Shown here piece after piece: positions 27,327 through 40,243 of a stretch of 64,000 nucleotides of DNA (positions are counted from its first letter, which is position 1; each line of letters opens with the position of its first letter). A model generated the notes under the pieces. The model searched no databases. It worked only from the letters and a program-made list of their open reading frames with translations, and was not told the origin of the DNA. This DNA is from Octopus vulgaris (lineage: Eukaryota). A program made the position numbers and the translations under genes. The stretch spans positions 46,438,001 to 46,502,000 of the forward strand of contig OX597833.1 in assembly GCA_951406725.2 (NCBI GenBank), in the 5' to 3' direction.

Positions 27327-27800
27327 CATACATACATACATTCATACATACATACATACATTCATACATACATACATACATACATACATACATACATACA
27401 TACATACACACATACATACATACATACATACATACATACACACACACGCACGCACATACACATACACACACACCTACATATATACACGCATATGTGCGAC
27501 GATTTGACATGGTTTCAAATTCCGCAGAGGTCAACTATGCTGTTCGTCGTTTCGTTGTCGGTAAATAATGTAACAACATGGTTACGAGATCGATTCTTAT
27601 TCTTTTTCTCTATGCTCTATGTCTTTCTCACTTTCTCTTCCTCCATTTCAATACTGAAGAAATCGACTTTACAACTCTACCACGAGTAATGTCCTTACCA
27701 CCAACAAATATGTGCGCGCATATGACTGTCTCTATATGTGTAAAGATGTATTAAATGCTTTCTGGAAAGTCGTATTGATTACAGAATATACTCTCCCAAA

Positions 27801-27854
<54 letters not shown>

Positions 27855-27858
<4 letters not shown>

Positions 27859-28131
27859 TATTAATCAATATAAGAGTAGCAAAAAATTCAATAGAAATTT
27901 TTTGCCACCAGCGGTCTAGTGAGAAAGAGAAAATAGTCACAGACTATGTATATAATTTCAACAACATTGAGGAACGGCCCCGATAGAGCCATTCGACCCA
28001 CTAGAAAGAGCAGCCAAGACTCAAACCGCTAAATAGTAGTAATTCAGAAATTAAATTTCTGAAGTCTTGGCTGCTCTTTCTAGTGGGTCGAATGGCCTAT
28101 CGGGGCCGTTCCTCAATGTTGTTGATGTTGA

Positions 28132-28134
<3 letters not shown>
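27855..28134. mobile_element. Family B fragment with ~63-bp inverted arms, within (TA)n
   Basis: Arms 27959-28021 and 28063-28125. Carries hairpin + CTAGAAAGAGCAGCCAA motif. Confidence 0.7.
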
Positions 28135-28166
<32 letters not shown>

Positions 28167-28308
28167 GAGTGTATTTTACCTTGTTAACAATTAACACGGA
28201 TAAATGAATGAATAGTTACCAGGGCAGCAAAATCTCACAAGTAAAGACTAATACATATGTAGAAAGAAAAAATACTTGTTTAAACCTGCGTTGACTCCAT
28301 TTTTTATT

Positions 28309-28346
<38 letters not shown>

Positions 28347-28349
<3 letters not shown>

Positions 28350-28928
28350 ATTTTGTTCCTGTCGAATTTTATCCCTAATTTTATGGTTATAGAACCTAGC
28401 TGTTCTTTCTAGCGTGTTGAATCCCATGAATGGATTCCTCATGTGCTTAAATGTACACTGTATCTTATGACTAATACATAGTCTTTTTGACCAATTTTTT
28501 TACACGTTAGACCAATGGAAATGGAAATTTTAATTAATTTCTATTTCCCTTTGATACGATTAAATATTGTAAGTTTTGGGATAATTTTCGGTCTTTAAAA
28601 GTTGGCATTTTTTTATTGCTGGCGAAGGGCTGCGGCTGCGCAGTAGATTTTGAAAAAGTTAGGATGTCTAAACAAGAGGCACGTAGTTTGAGCGCCTCGT
28701 GTTTATACGTTTAACCCTAGGTGTTCCTGCTGAAGATTTCATCTGGCGAGTATGTATGTTATTCATTTGCTTGCTAAACTAAAATCAGAAACCAATTGGT
28801 CCAGGAAACTAGTTGGTAAAATGTTTTTATTTTTTCATTTCGTTCCTTTCGAATTTTATCCCTAATTTTTGTGGTTATAGAACCTAACTGTTCTTTCTAG
28901 CTTGTTGAATCCCATGAGTGGATTCCTC

Positions 28929-28934
<6 letters not shown>
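28347..28934 (+). mobile_element. Family B element, ~488-nt unit with ~90-bp terminal direct repeat, within (TA)n
   Basis: 28356-28444 is repeated at 28843-28932. Weak HHR-like motif TTGCTAA...GAAAC-TA-GTT at 28764-28823. Confidence 0.7.
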
Positions 28935-28975
<41 letters not shown>

Positions 28976-28989
28976 TCATATATATATAC

Positions 28990-29092
<103 letters not shown>

Positions 29093-29148
29093 CATATATA
29101 TATATACATACATATATATATATACATACATATATATATATACATACA

Positions 29149-29180
<32 letters not shown>

Positions 29181-29237
29181 CACTTAAATACATACTTATT
29201 AGGTATGATCTTTATATGTATGTGCATATGTGTGTGT

Positions 29238-29271
<34 letters not shown>

Positions 29272-29381
29272 GGAAAGAGGGAAGCTGTTTTGATAATAAC
29301 TTACATATGTACAAGTTTACCAGGACCACCAGGCATGTAGACCAAACAGTCGCGCTGGAATGGTACTGACACGGGCGCGCA

Positions 29382-29429
<48 letters not shown>

Positions 29430-29504
29430 TGCCTATATACACACAGAATCCACACACACACACACAAGTGTTACAAGCATGCATACGCATGCAACATTCG
29501 TTGA

Positions 29505-29540
<36 letters not shown>

Positions 29541-30139
29541 TGCACACACATTCAAAGTAGCCAACAGATCACCGTGTAATATCCACCCCCATCCTCGTTT
29601 AAGATGATGTCGAACGACAGAGACAAGTAACAATAATTCATCTCTGACCTAATGACGTCAATTGCAGAGGATCCAGGTGGCGCCACTTCAGTTGATTAGC
29701 TCGCTCCAGACCAACAGATCACCGGACCTCCACCGTCTAAGTTGCCTTTCCCTCCCTCGTCAGTCGATGACAGCAGCTAGAGACACGCCACTTCATTCTC
29801 AACAATCTCCAACGCCGCCGTCACCATCACCAACACCAACATCGGCACCACAAAAATATAGACCACATCATGAAACGTCAAGCGTTTAATAAAGTCTACA
29901 GGTGAGTATTGTTTAATCGATAAATGTATTTACGAGGAAACGAGACGATATAAGCGAATGTAATCTTCTTTACCTTCACCACCAGGTCGACTACCTACTC
30001 GCCAGAATCTTCTGACCGAGATATGTGGGGTTAATTAACGTCTTGTCTTTCTTTGATCTGTTGTTTCGTTTACGTTCCTGTTTCCAAGCGGTTCAGCAAA
30101 AGAGAGCAATAAAAAAATGCACCCGACTTTAAAATTATA

Positions 30140-30335
30140 GCACTGCTTTTCTACTCTAGGCACAAGGCCCGAAATTTTGGAGGATGGGCCCAGTCGATTA
30201 GATCGACCCCAGTAAGCAACTGGTAGTTAATATATCAACCCCGAAAGGATGAAAGGCAAAGTCGACCTCGGCGGAACTTGAACTCAGAACGTCGCGGTAG
30301 ACGAAATACCTATTTCTTTACTATCCACAAGGGTA
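30140..30335 (-). mobile_element. SINE family 1 variant (alternative tail ...GCCTAGAGTAGAAAAG)
   Basis: Core match. Same tail at 31400-31450. Confidence 0.8.
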
Positions 30336-30376
30336 GTAAAGAAGGCGTTGTTCCAGCATGACTGCAAGTAAAAGAT

Positions 30377-30715
30377 GGGAGACCTCCTTCGGTCATGAAT
30401 GACCATGGGATTGCACCTAGAAAGTTACCCTCCGAGGTACGAGTCCGGGCAAGGTTGTTTATGGAAGGCCAGCAGTCGCCCATGCATACCAGCCTCCCCT
30501 CTCCACACCACTGATGTTATCCAAGGGAAAGGGAAAGGTCGATACAGCTAGGCACCAGTGACTTCGCAACTCATTTTTACAGCTGAGTTAACTGGAGCAA
30601 CGTGAAATAAAGTGTCTTGCTCAAGAACACAACACGCAGCCCGGTCCGGGAATCGAACTCACAACCATCACGATCGTTAGCTCGACGCTCTAACCACTGA
30701 GCCATGCGCCTTCAC
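30377..30715 (-). mobile_element. SINE family 3, alternative tail
   Basis: Highly similar to 35935-36270. Confidence 0.9.
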
Positions 30716-30762
30716 TCAAGTAAAAGATAAAGGATTAAAAAGACTACTTTAAGATACATTGG

Positions 30763-31550
30763 TGCAGGCGTGGCTGTGTGGTGAGAAGCTTGCTTCCCAA
30801 CCTCATGGTTCCGGGTTCAGTTCCACTGCGTGGCAATTTGAGCAAAGCCTGGTGAGTGAATTTGGTAGATGGAAACTAAAATAAGCCTATCATATGTGTG
30901 TGTGTGTGTGTGTGTGTCTTTATGTCTATGTTTGTCTCTCATCACCGCTTGACAACCGGTGTTGATGTGTTTACATCCCCATAACTTAGCGGTTTGGCAA
31001 AAGAGAGCAATAGAGTAAGAACCAGGCTTTAAAAATCATAATAATCTTGGGATCGAAGGCGGCGAGCTGGCAGAGATGTTAGCACGCCGGGCGAAATGCG
31101 TAGCCGTATTTCGTCTGTCTTTACGTTCTGAGTTCAAATTCCGCCGTGGTCGACTTTGCCTTTCATCCTTTCGGGGTCGATTAAAGTACCAGTTACGCAC
31201 CGGGGTCGATATAATCGACTTAATCCGTTTGTCTGTCCTTGTTTGTCCTCTCTGTGTTTAGTCCCTTGTGGGTAGTAAAGAAATAGGTATTTCGTCTGCC
31301 GCTACGTTCTTAGTTCAAATTCCGCCGAGGTCGACTCTGCCTTTCATCCTTTCGGAGTCGATATATTAAGTACCAGTTGCTTACTGTAGTCGATCTAATC
31401 GACTGGGCCCATCCCCAAAAATTACAGGTCTTTTGCCTAGAGTAGAAAAGAATACTTCTGGGGTCGAGTTTATTCGACTAAAACCTTTCCAGGCCGACTA
31501 ATGCTCCAGCATGGCCGCAGTCAAGTGACTAAAACAAGTAAAATAATACT
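30763..31550 (+). mobile_element. SINE family 2 split by a family 1 dimer (31058-31450)
   Basis: Head at 30763. Tail resumes at ~31458. Confidence 0.85.
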
Positions 31551-31994
31551 ATTAAGTATCAAAATTTTGTCCTAAAAGGAAAGAAGCCTACAATATTATC
31601 ACCGATACTCTATTATTTTCTATCTCTGAAATATCCTCTTTAGTTTTCAAGTGGAAGATTGAAACTAGCGCTGAAATATAATTCTTGTTAAGAAAAATCG
31701 TGTCAATCATTGAAACGTCCTCTAGGCTTAGCGACGAACACTTGATGTTTATAATTTCCGGTTATGGCTGGCTGCCTTCTCTACTTACTTATGTCACAAG
31801 AGGCAATTAAGACCCACGACATGGGTTCACTTTACATGTTAAAAATAGCAGCCATATCTTCCTTGAATCACACATCCCTGTTGTTTTTTGTTACTTTTTA
31901 GAGACGACGGATGTAGAATGGAGCCTTGGATTCACTATGAAGATCCACTTAGATCTAGAATGGAGCCTTCGATCCACTTAAAGTTACAAACTTT

Positions 31995-32425
31995 GGATCT
32001 TTTCGGTTTGAACGGCAGTTTTTTCTAGCGGTGTCATATCAAATTGTCGCCCATAATTATGACCCTAGAATCGATCTATTGCATTTCAATCTCTTTTAGG
32101 GTTAGGGTTAGTTAGGGTTAGGGTTAAGAGTGGGAGAAGGGTATCTTTTTTTTTCACAAATGTAAATAAACCCAATCTGTTTCTTAACGAGGGACATATT
32201 CATACGGCACAGAATATTTTTTTTACCTCAATGGACGTCAGTGATTGGTTGAAATTGCAGAAATTGAAGAAAAAAAACAACAAATATCTTACAAACTATA
32301 GAATTTTCTCAATAAAGCCAAGAGAAAAAGATGTTTTGTAAACACATTCTACCAGTATACGAAGTTTAAATTTTTTAGTTACCTAGAAATTATGTTAAAA
32401 ACTGCCGTTCAAACCGAAAAGATCC
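31995..32425. mobile_element. MITE, Merlin-like (GG-starting TIR, 8-bp TSD), with internal TTAGGG repeats
   Basis: TIR GGATCTTTTCGGTTTGAACGGCAGTTTT. TSD CAAACTTT at 31987-31994 and 32426-32433. Confidence 0.85.
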
Positions 32426-32888
32426 CAAACTTTTAAGTTAAAAATAGAATTAAAGTAAACGGTCTTCCAAACAGAAAATATCAGTGCCTTATGAGGTTTC
32501 CATACAGTTATGTTTTCTTTTATTTACAGGACCCGCCTCCTTTTTTTTTTTTTTTAACTTGTCTGATTCTGTCCTTCATATCCACTCATTTACATCCCAG
32601 TAGCGTTTTGCTGTTGACGCCAACATATTGAACAATCTATTTGATAAAGTGTCGAAATTGTGAGGGTTTTTGGCCGATTACTGACGAGGGAAGAGCCTGT
32701 CCACGTCAGTTGTGCATTTCTCCCGTCTTCCTTATGTTCCATCATCGTCTTTCTGTGCAGCATTTTACTATAGATGTGTGTGTGCGTATGTGCGTGCGTG
32801 TGTGTGTCTGTGTGTGTGTGTGTGCGCGCGCGCGCGCATGCGTGTATGCGTTTATATAATATATACATACATACGTGCACACACACAT

Positions 32889-32930
<42 letters not shown>

Positions 32931-33704
32931 CGAGAGAGAGAGAGAGAGAGAAAGATAGACAGAAAATAGAAATAAGGGGAACGGAACGAGGGAAATGAGG
33001 GACCAGTGAAAGAGAGAGTGGTGGGGAACTGGGCAAAGACAAGGTGAAAGAGGAAGAGATTAAGGGAGAGAAAAAGAGCGGGGGAGCAGGAGCGGAGAGA
33101 AAGACAAATAAATGAGAAATTAACAAAGAGCGTCGTCGGTGGTCCTGGTTCAGATTTTTTGGTGGTGGTGGTCGTGGTGGTGGTGGTGGTGGTGGGATGA
33201 CAATTAGCGATAGAGGTGGGTAGTTGGCAGGAGTGTGGATTTAGAAAAGTTAAGACGGTGGCGGCGGCGGCGGCGGTGGTGGTGGTGGTGGTGGTTGTTG
33301 GTGGTGGTGGTGGTGGTGGTGGTGGTGGTGGTGGTGGTGGTGGTGGTGGTGGTGGTGTCGGTGGTAATGTTGCAGCGATTGGAAGTGGGAAATATCAATA
33401 GGACAAAGTAGGGGCGTGGGTGGTGGTGGGAGTCTAGGACAGGACAAACGCGATGCGTGTGGTTTTAATGACGCGGGTGGTGTTAGTGATGGTCGTGGAG
33501 GTGGTGGTCGTCGTTGTAATAGTAGTAGTGGTCGCAGTAGTAATGTTGCGGTAGCGGTGGTGGTGGTGGTGGTGGTGACGAAGTAAAAGCAGAGGTGAAA
33601 GATACTTAACTAATTACACTTTCTTCCTCTCCACCGCCCTCTCTCTTTCACCCCTTCATATTTCTGCTTCTCGGTATCAATTTCTCTGTCTCTGTCTTTA
33701 TTTC

Positions 33705-33767
<63 letters not shown>

Positions 33768-33778
33768 CTCTCTATCTA

Positions 33779-33827
<49 letters not shown>

Positions 33828-34236
33828 TTGTTTATAACCATCAAACACATTGTCACTTTCAGCTCATGGATGGCGAAGAGAGAAAGGGAGAGAACTGGAG
33901 TTGAAGGGGGAGGTGAAAGGCGGAGGAGAAGGAAGGGGAGAAAGAGAAGAGGTGAAAAATACAAATCGAGAAGAAGAAAGGTAAGTATAAGGAAGGGAGA
34001 GAAGAGAAGAAAAAGAATAAAACGCAACAACAGCGACGAACATGAGAACAACAACAAGATGAAGGGAATGCGATAATGGATGCAAAAGGTCCTTTAAGTG
34101 TGAAGTTTGAGTCATGATATGTAACGAATTCTATACCAGGGGTTTCTTTGTATGTTATATGGTATGTATGTACTATACTACATACATACATACATAAATA
34201 AGTACGTAAATAAATAAATCTATTTTCACACGTACA

Positions 34237-34304
<68 letters not shown>

Positions 34305-35934
34305 TTGTAACCTATTTCAGTTATTTTGGGGAACAGATAAGAAAAGTATTTGTGTGCTACAGCAATGCAGATAGAGCATTAAATATTTTTTTTAAAAACT
34401 AATAACAGCAAAGACATTGAAACGTTACCATAGAAATATTTGATTAGTTTTGATATTTCGAGTTGTAAACTCCTTTTCAAATGCCTTGAAAACAAGTGAG
34501 AATTATAAATTATGCAGTTAGTATATGGAATCCTCATGTGAGATATTCGAATTGCCATGTGGGTGAAGTTGTACAATTATTGGCTGTGGATTTTATTCCA
34601 TTGGCTGTTAGTTTCAGGCTGGGCTACCATGTGTACGAGGAAGTTTGGGTCAAATATTGTAGTGCATAGCATTTAGAGTATCCATGAGCACCTTTTCTAT
34701 CATCATCATCGTCGTCATCTCAACCCCCTGGACATTACTGACTCTAGTCCTGAGGCTCATAGGGCTAGTTACCCAGTTTCCATGGCGTATAAGTGATCGG
34801 GATCACAACGTTCTTCCTGAACGGGATGCCAGTCCGCCGCAGGTTTACTCATTTCACAGCTGAGTGGACTGGAGCAACGTGAAATGAAGTGCTTTGATCA
34901 AGAACACAACGTGCCGCAGGTCTTGGAATCGAAGCTACGATCCAGCGATTACCGATAGTGGTGTTTTTAAGCTCCTGTGACTTAGCGGCTCGGCAAAAGA
35001 GAAAGGTAGAATAAGTATCAGGCTTAAAACGAAAGATAGAAAGAAATACTGGGATCAATTCATTCGACTACATTTCTTCAACACATTGCCTCAGCATGGT
35101 CGTAGTACAATGACTGAAACAAGTAAAATATAGATGAAAGATATACCCGTATGTGTGCATGCTTATACGTGTGTAGCCGTACACATTTAGTTTCATTACT
35201 TCATGACTTTAGATTAAAAGCAATTAATGTACGAAAACTGCTTGACACATGGAACCTCTGTTATATTATAATTATTGTGGCTTCCTTCGTTATCGTCTAA
35301 GATATTCAATAGATCCTCAAATTACATGATGGTGGTGGTCTTAATTATTAATACGTATTTTGACAGCTAATTAGTGCGAGTCTTAAGAGACGTATAGTTT
35401 GTCCGGAAGGAGGAGATATGTCACGTGATTTTGATGCCTATCATTACCAGCTGTTCTTGTTGCTAAAATCTTTCAATGAAATACTTTAGTATTTCAATGA
35501 AATACTAAATACTTTCAATACTAAATACTTTATCGTAGGGCTTCGATTTTATATTCAAAATGACGGATGTTATTTCGAAAAGTAAATCTTAAGACGGTAT
35601 TCTTTGAAAATACAGTCTACATCTGTTTGTCTATATTACATCTTTATATATGATGTTATATTGATGTATTTATTAATTGAATAATAGAAGCCCTTCAAAG
35701 CGTTTTTGTTTGACATATACATGTAAGACAGACTTACGAGTTTGGGTTTTTAACAAGCATCCATTTTAAACTTCCCTGTTAAAAGTATACGCTACAGCTA
35801 AATCACACTTTTTTCTGACATCAGAGAAAAAAACACCGGCTAACAACGTTCGGAATGTTTACTACCTCATCAGGTACGTTCATGTGCATGTGAGTGACTG
35901 CGTAGGTATGCTTATATATCTACACACTTATATG

Positions 35935-36270
35935 GGAGATACCCTTCGGCCATGAATGACCATGTGATTGCACCTAGAAAGTTACCCTCCGAGGTACAAG
36001 TCCGGGCAAGGTTGTTTATGGAAGGCCTGCAATCACCCATGCATACCAGCCTCCCCTCTCCACACCACCGATGTTATCCAAGGAAAAGCAAAGGCCGATA
36101 CCGCTAGGCACCTGTGATGTCGCAACTCATTTCTACAGCTGAGTTAACTGGAGCAACGTGAAATAATGTGTCTTGCTCAAGAACACAACATGCAGCCCGG
36201 TCCAGGAATCGAACTCACAACCTCACGATCGTACGCTCGACGCTTTAACCACTGAGCCATGCACCTTCAC
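35935..36270 (-). mobile_element. SINE family 3, alternative tail
   Basis: Homologous to 30377-30715. Confidence 0.9.
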
Positions 36271-36308
36271 ACACAAATATAGGTATACCAATACACACAC
36301 ACACACAC

Positions 36309-36404
<96 letters not shown>

Positions 36405-38198
36405 AAAATATATAGGTATGTCTATGTATGTGTGTGTGTTTGTGTCTGTCTTTGTGCTTGTGTTTGTCTCCCACCACTATTTGGCAACCGGTGTTGATTT
36501 GCTTCGGTCCCCCTAATATAGCAAAAATTCGCCAAAAGAATACGTCCCAAGTTTTAAAAAAATAAATGGTAGGATCGATTCGTTACACTAAAATCCAGTA
36601 TGGCCGCAGGTTAATGACTGAAACCAATAAAAGGTAAAAAGTTATGTATTTGTGTATGTTTATATGTGTGTGTGTGTATGTGTATATGTGTGTGTTTATT
36701 TTAACCAATTTAATATTAAGACAGTCGTATTTTCCAACAATATTTATGATTCGTATAAAATGTAGGTTTCATGCAAATCATAAATCTTAATTCTTTGAGA
36801 AGTAGAAGGAAACGAAAGGTAAACTGCTGAAAAAAATGATCACGCACGTAGCCATCTTCAAAGGAGATATGTGCAAGTACTTCGTGTTTTATAGAAATAT
36901 GCGATATTCTCTTTAACAAATGTCTGTACTGGAATTTAATAACTGGACTTTGTTATGGATGCCAAATTTGTTCTAAAATTTTCACCTCTACGTACTACAT
37001 ACACTTATTCATTCATTCATGTATTCATTCATTCATTCATATATACGTACATACATAAATTGTAAAGTATTTCAGGCATGCTCCGTGTGAGGTTCCTGAG
37101 TGAAACTAAGCACGCAATCACATATACACGCATGCACAATTATAAAGAGTAACTAAACATACATATACTTTTGATTTAACGTGATAAGTATACCCACAAG
37201 CGCAAGTTCATCCTCACGACTACACATATACTCGACACAGATGCACATATATACACATCAACCGATTCAGTTAAACTCAAGCCCAAAGAGCTTCATTTAA
37301 AAGAGCCTTACCACTTCCCGGCAAAGAAGAAACACATACTAACATACCTGCATACATATATACATTTAAACACACATGCATACATGCATGCATACACGAA
37401 TACATGCACATATAAATGCATGCATACATACGTTCATCTATGCATACATGCATACATACTTGCATGCATGCATACATTATGTACAGACATACATACATGC
37501 AGACACAAATACATACAAACATGCATACACATGCATACATACATACATACATACATACATACATACATACATACATACACACATACATACACGCATATAT
37601 ATTTGCGTGCATACATACAAGTATACATATATACATGCATCCATACATATACGCCTGCATAGACACATACATACATACATACATACATACATACATACAT
37701 ACATACATACATACATACATACATACATACATACATACGTAAATACATACACACATTCATACATACATGCACACATGTATGCGTATGGGAGCCGGTGTAT
37801 GTGCGTGCGTGCATATATATCTGTGTGTGAGAGGAGAGAATGAAAGAGCAAAGATGATTACTTTCTCCAACAGACAACGATTATAGTTATTTTTTTCTCG
37901 TTTATTCCACCAAAACTTTCGTAAACCACATTTCCCTCCTACCACTACCAACACAGCAGATCTCATCCGGCTTCCATTTCTCTAAAAAACACTTATAATT
38001 ACAATTAAACCTAATTACGTCATATGTAAACAAATATAGGTTTGTTTTTGAAGCGCTAAAATATATTGTGGTACAAGTATTTTTAACGTGTAAGTACTGA
38101 TAGAACAGCGTATATAGGAAAATCCTTATAGAGCAGAAAAATATGTCAGCAACCAGTCTGCTGACAGATTTTTCTGCTCCGTAAGGATTTTGTCCTAT

Positions 38199-38674
38199 TG
38201 AAATTTTGTGTCTAAAGTCCAACTGGTGACGTTGATCGCCTGGGGCTAAAAGCATCAGTAACACCCCACCCCCAGTGGCTAGCCACATTCAAATGGCTAG
38301 TACACCTTACGTTGTCGAGCGGTTACTGTTTATATCTTGTTCAGAGATTTATTAATGCTTTCAGACAGTTTTTCTAAATCAGTGACTGTGGTTGCTGTGA
38401 AAAACGTTAAATATTATTATTTGCAGAGGGTCTCCTTCATCGAAAACCGGTGTTTACCATGCGTTGACGAGAGGCAATTACCTTGAAACTATAGTCCGTA
38501 TGTATCACTTAGGTTTTCGAGGGAGGATGACCTCCCTTTGCAAATAACACAAGGGCACTGAAATTTTGTGTCTAAAGTCCAACTGGTGACGTTGATCGCC
38601 TGGGGCTAAAAGCATCAGTAACACCCCACCCCCAGTGGCCAGCCACATTCAGATGGCTAGTACACCTTACGTTA
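38199..38674 (+). mobile_element. Retrozyme-like element, 360-nt monomer x1.3, ending at TA tract
   Basis: 38201 = 38561. Diverged homologue of 25433-26283. Confidence 0.85.
38458..38502 (+). ncRNA. Type I HHR (U3-G8 core), predicted cleavage after 38496
   Basis: CATGCG-TTGACGA-GAGG-caatta-CCTT-GAAAC-TATA-GTC-CGTATG. Confidence 0.8.
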
Positions 38675-39036
38675 TATATATACTGTTCTATCAGTACTTA
38701 CACGTCAAAATATATATCTTTCTCCCTGTACTACAATAAATCTAACATTTATTCATAAGGCGATTATTTTCCTAATTGCCCTTCTTTTCATTTTTCTTTT
38801 CTTTTTTCTGTTTTATTGTATTTTATTCAGTTATTTCTTCTCTTTTTTCGATACAGACGATAGGAGACAGAACATCTGTTTAAGCTTTTCTGTCGCGACA
38901 CGACACACAACTTCCGGTCAAATACTATCTGAGTATATATTTGTTTACATGTATGAATGTGTAGTTAAAAAGTTCGCTTCTCATGACGCGGTTTCTGATT
39001 TGATCCCTTTACCTGGGAACTGAGTAGAAGTGAAAC

Positions 39037-39797
39037 ATCTTTATTGCCCACAAGGGGCTAAACATAGAGGGAACAAACAAGGACAGACAAACGACCCCAG
39101 TGCGAAACTGGTACTTTATTTATCGACCCCGAAAGGATGAAAGGCAAAGTCGACCTTGGCGGAATTTGAACTCAGAACGTAACGACAGACGAAATACCTA
39201 TTTCTTTACTACCCACAAGGGGCTAAACACAGAGAGGACAAACAAGGACAGACGAACGGATTAAGTCGATTACATCGACCCCAGTACGAAACTGGTACTT
39301 TATTTATCGACCCCGAAAGGATGAAAGACAAAGTCGACCTTGGCGGAATTTGAACTCAGAACGTAACGACAGACGAAATACCTATTTCTTTGCTATCCAC
39401 AAGGGGCTAAATACAGAGGGGACAAACAAGGACAGACAAACGGATTAAGTCGATTACATCGACCCCAGTGCGAAACTGGTACTTATTTAATCGACCCCGA
39501 AAGGATGAAAGACAAAGTCGACCTCCGCGGAATTTGAACTCAGAACGTAGCGACAGACGAAATACCTATTTCTTTACTAACCACAAGGGGCTAAACACAG
39601 AGGGGACAAACAAGGACAGACATAGGTATTAAGTCAATTACATCGACCCCAGTGCGTAACTGGTACTTAATTTATCGACCTCGAAAGGATGAACGGCAAA
39701 GTCGACCTCGACGGAATTTGAACTCAGAACGTAGCGGCAGACGAAATACCGCTAGGCATTTCGCCCGGCGTGCTAACGTTTCTGCCAGCTCGCCGCT
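39037..39797 (-). mobile_element. SINE family 1 tetramer (184-bp internal unit)
   Basis: GAAATACC recurs at 39191, 39375, 39559, 39743. Confidence 0.92.
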
Positions 39798-40243
39798 TTA
39801 CTGAGCAAAACATTCCCAGCCGTGATCACCCCAATGTTTTTGTCTCAGACTTACATTATCTAATTGTGCTGTTAGTCTCGTTTTCTTTCTTTTCTTAAGA
39901 TGCCAATGTATAAATTGAGTGGAGTTCAGCAGGTATGGCTATGTGCAGGCGCATGCATGGTTGTGTGCTTGTGCATGCATGTGTGCGTCTGTGCAGGCAA
40001 GGCTTTGTGATTAAGAACTTCGCTTAGCAGCCACAAAGTTTTGGGTTCAGTCTCACTGCGCGTTATCTTGGGCAGGTGCCTCCTATTATAATCCCAGGCT
40101 GACCAATTCTTTATGAGTGAATTTGGTTGATGGAGACTGAATGGAAGCTTGTCGTATATGTGTGTGTCAGTGACTGTATGTGCATTTTTGTCTGTTTGTT
40201 ACCTCGATTGACAACTAGTGTTGGTCTGTTTACGTCCTCGGAC

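Noticed and set aside
32096-32126. Telomere or fusion scar
   Set aside because: Only ~5 units, internal to a MITE.
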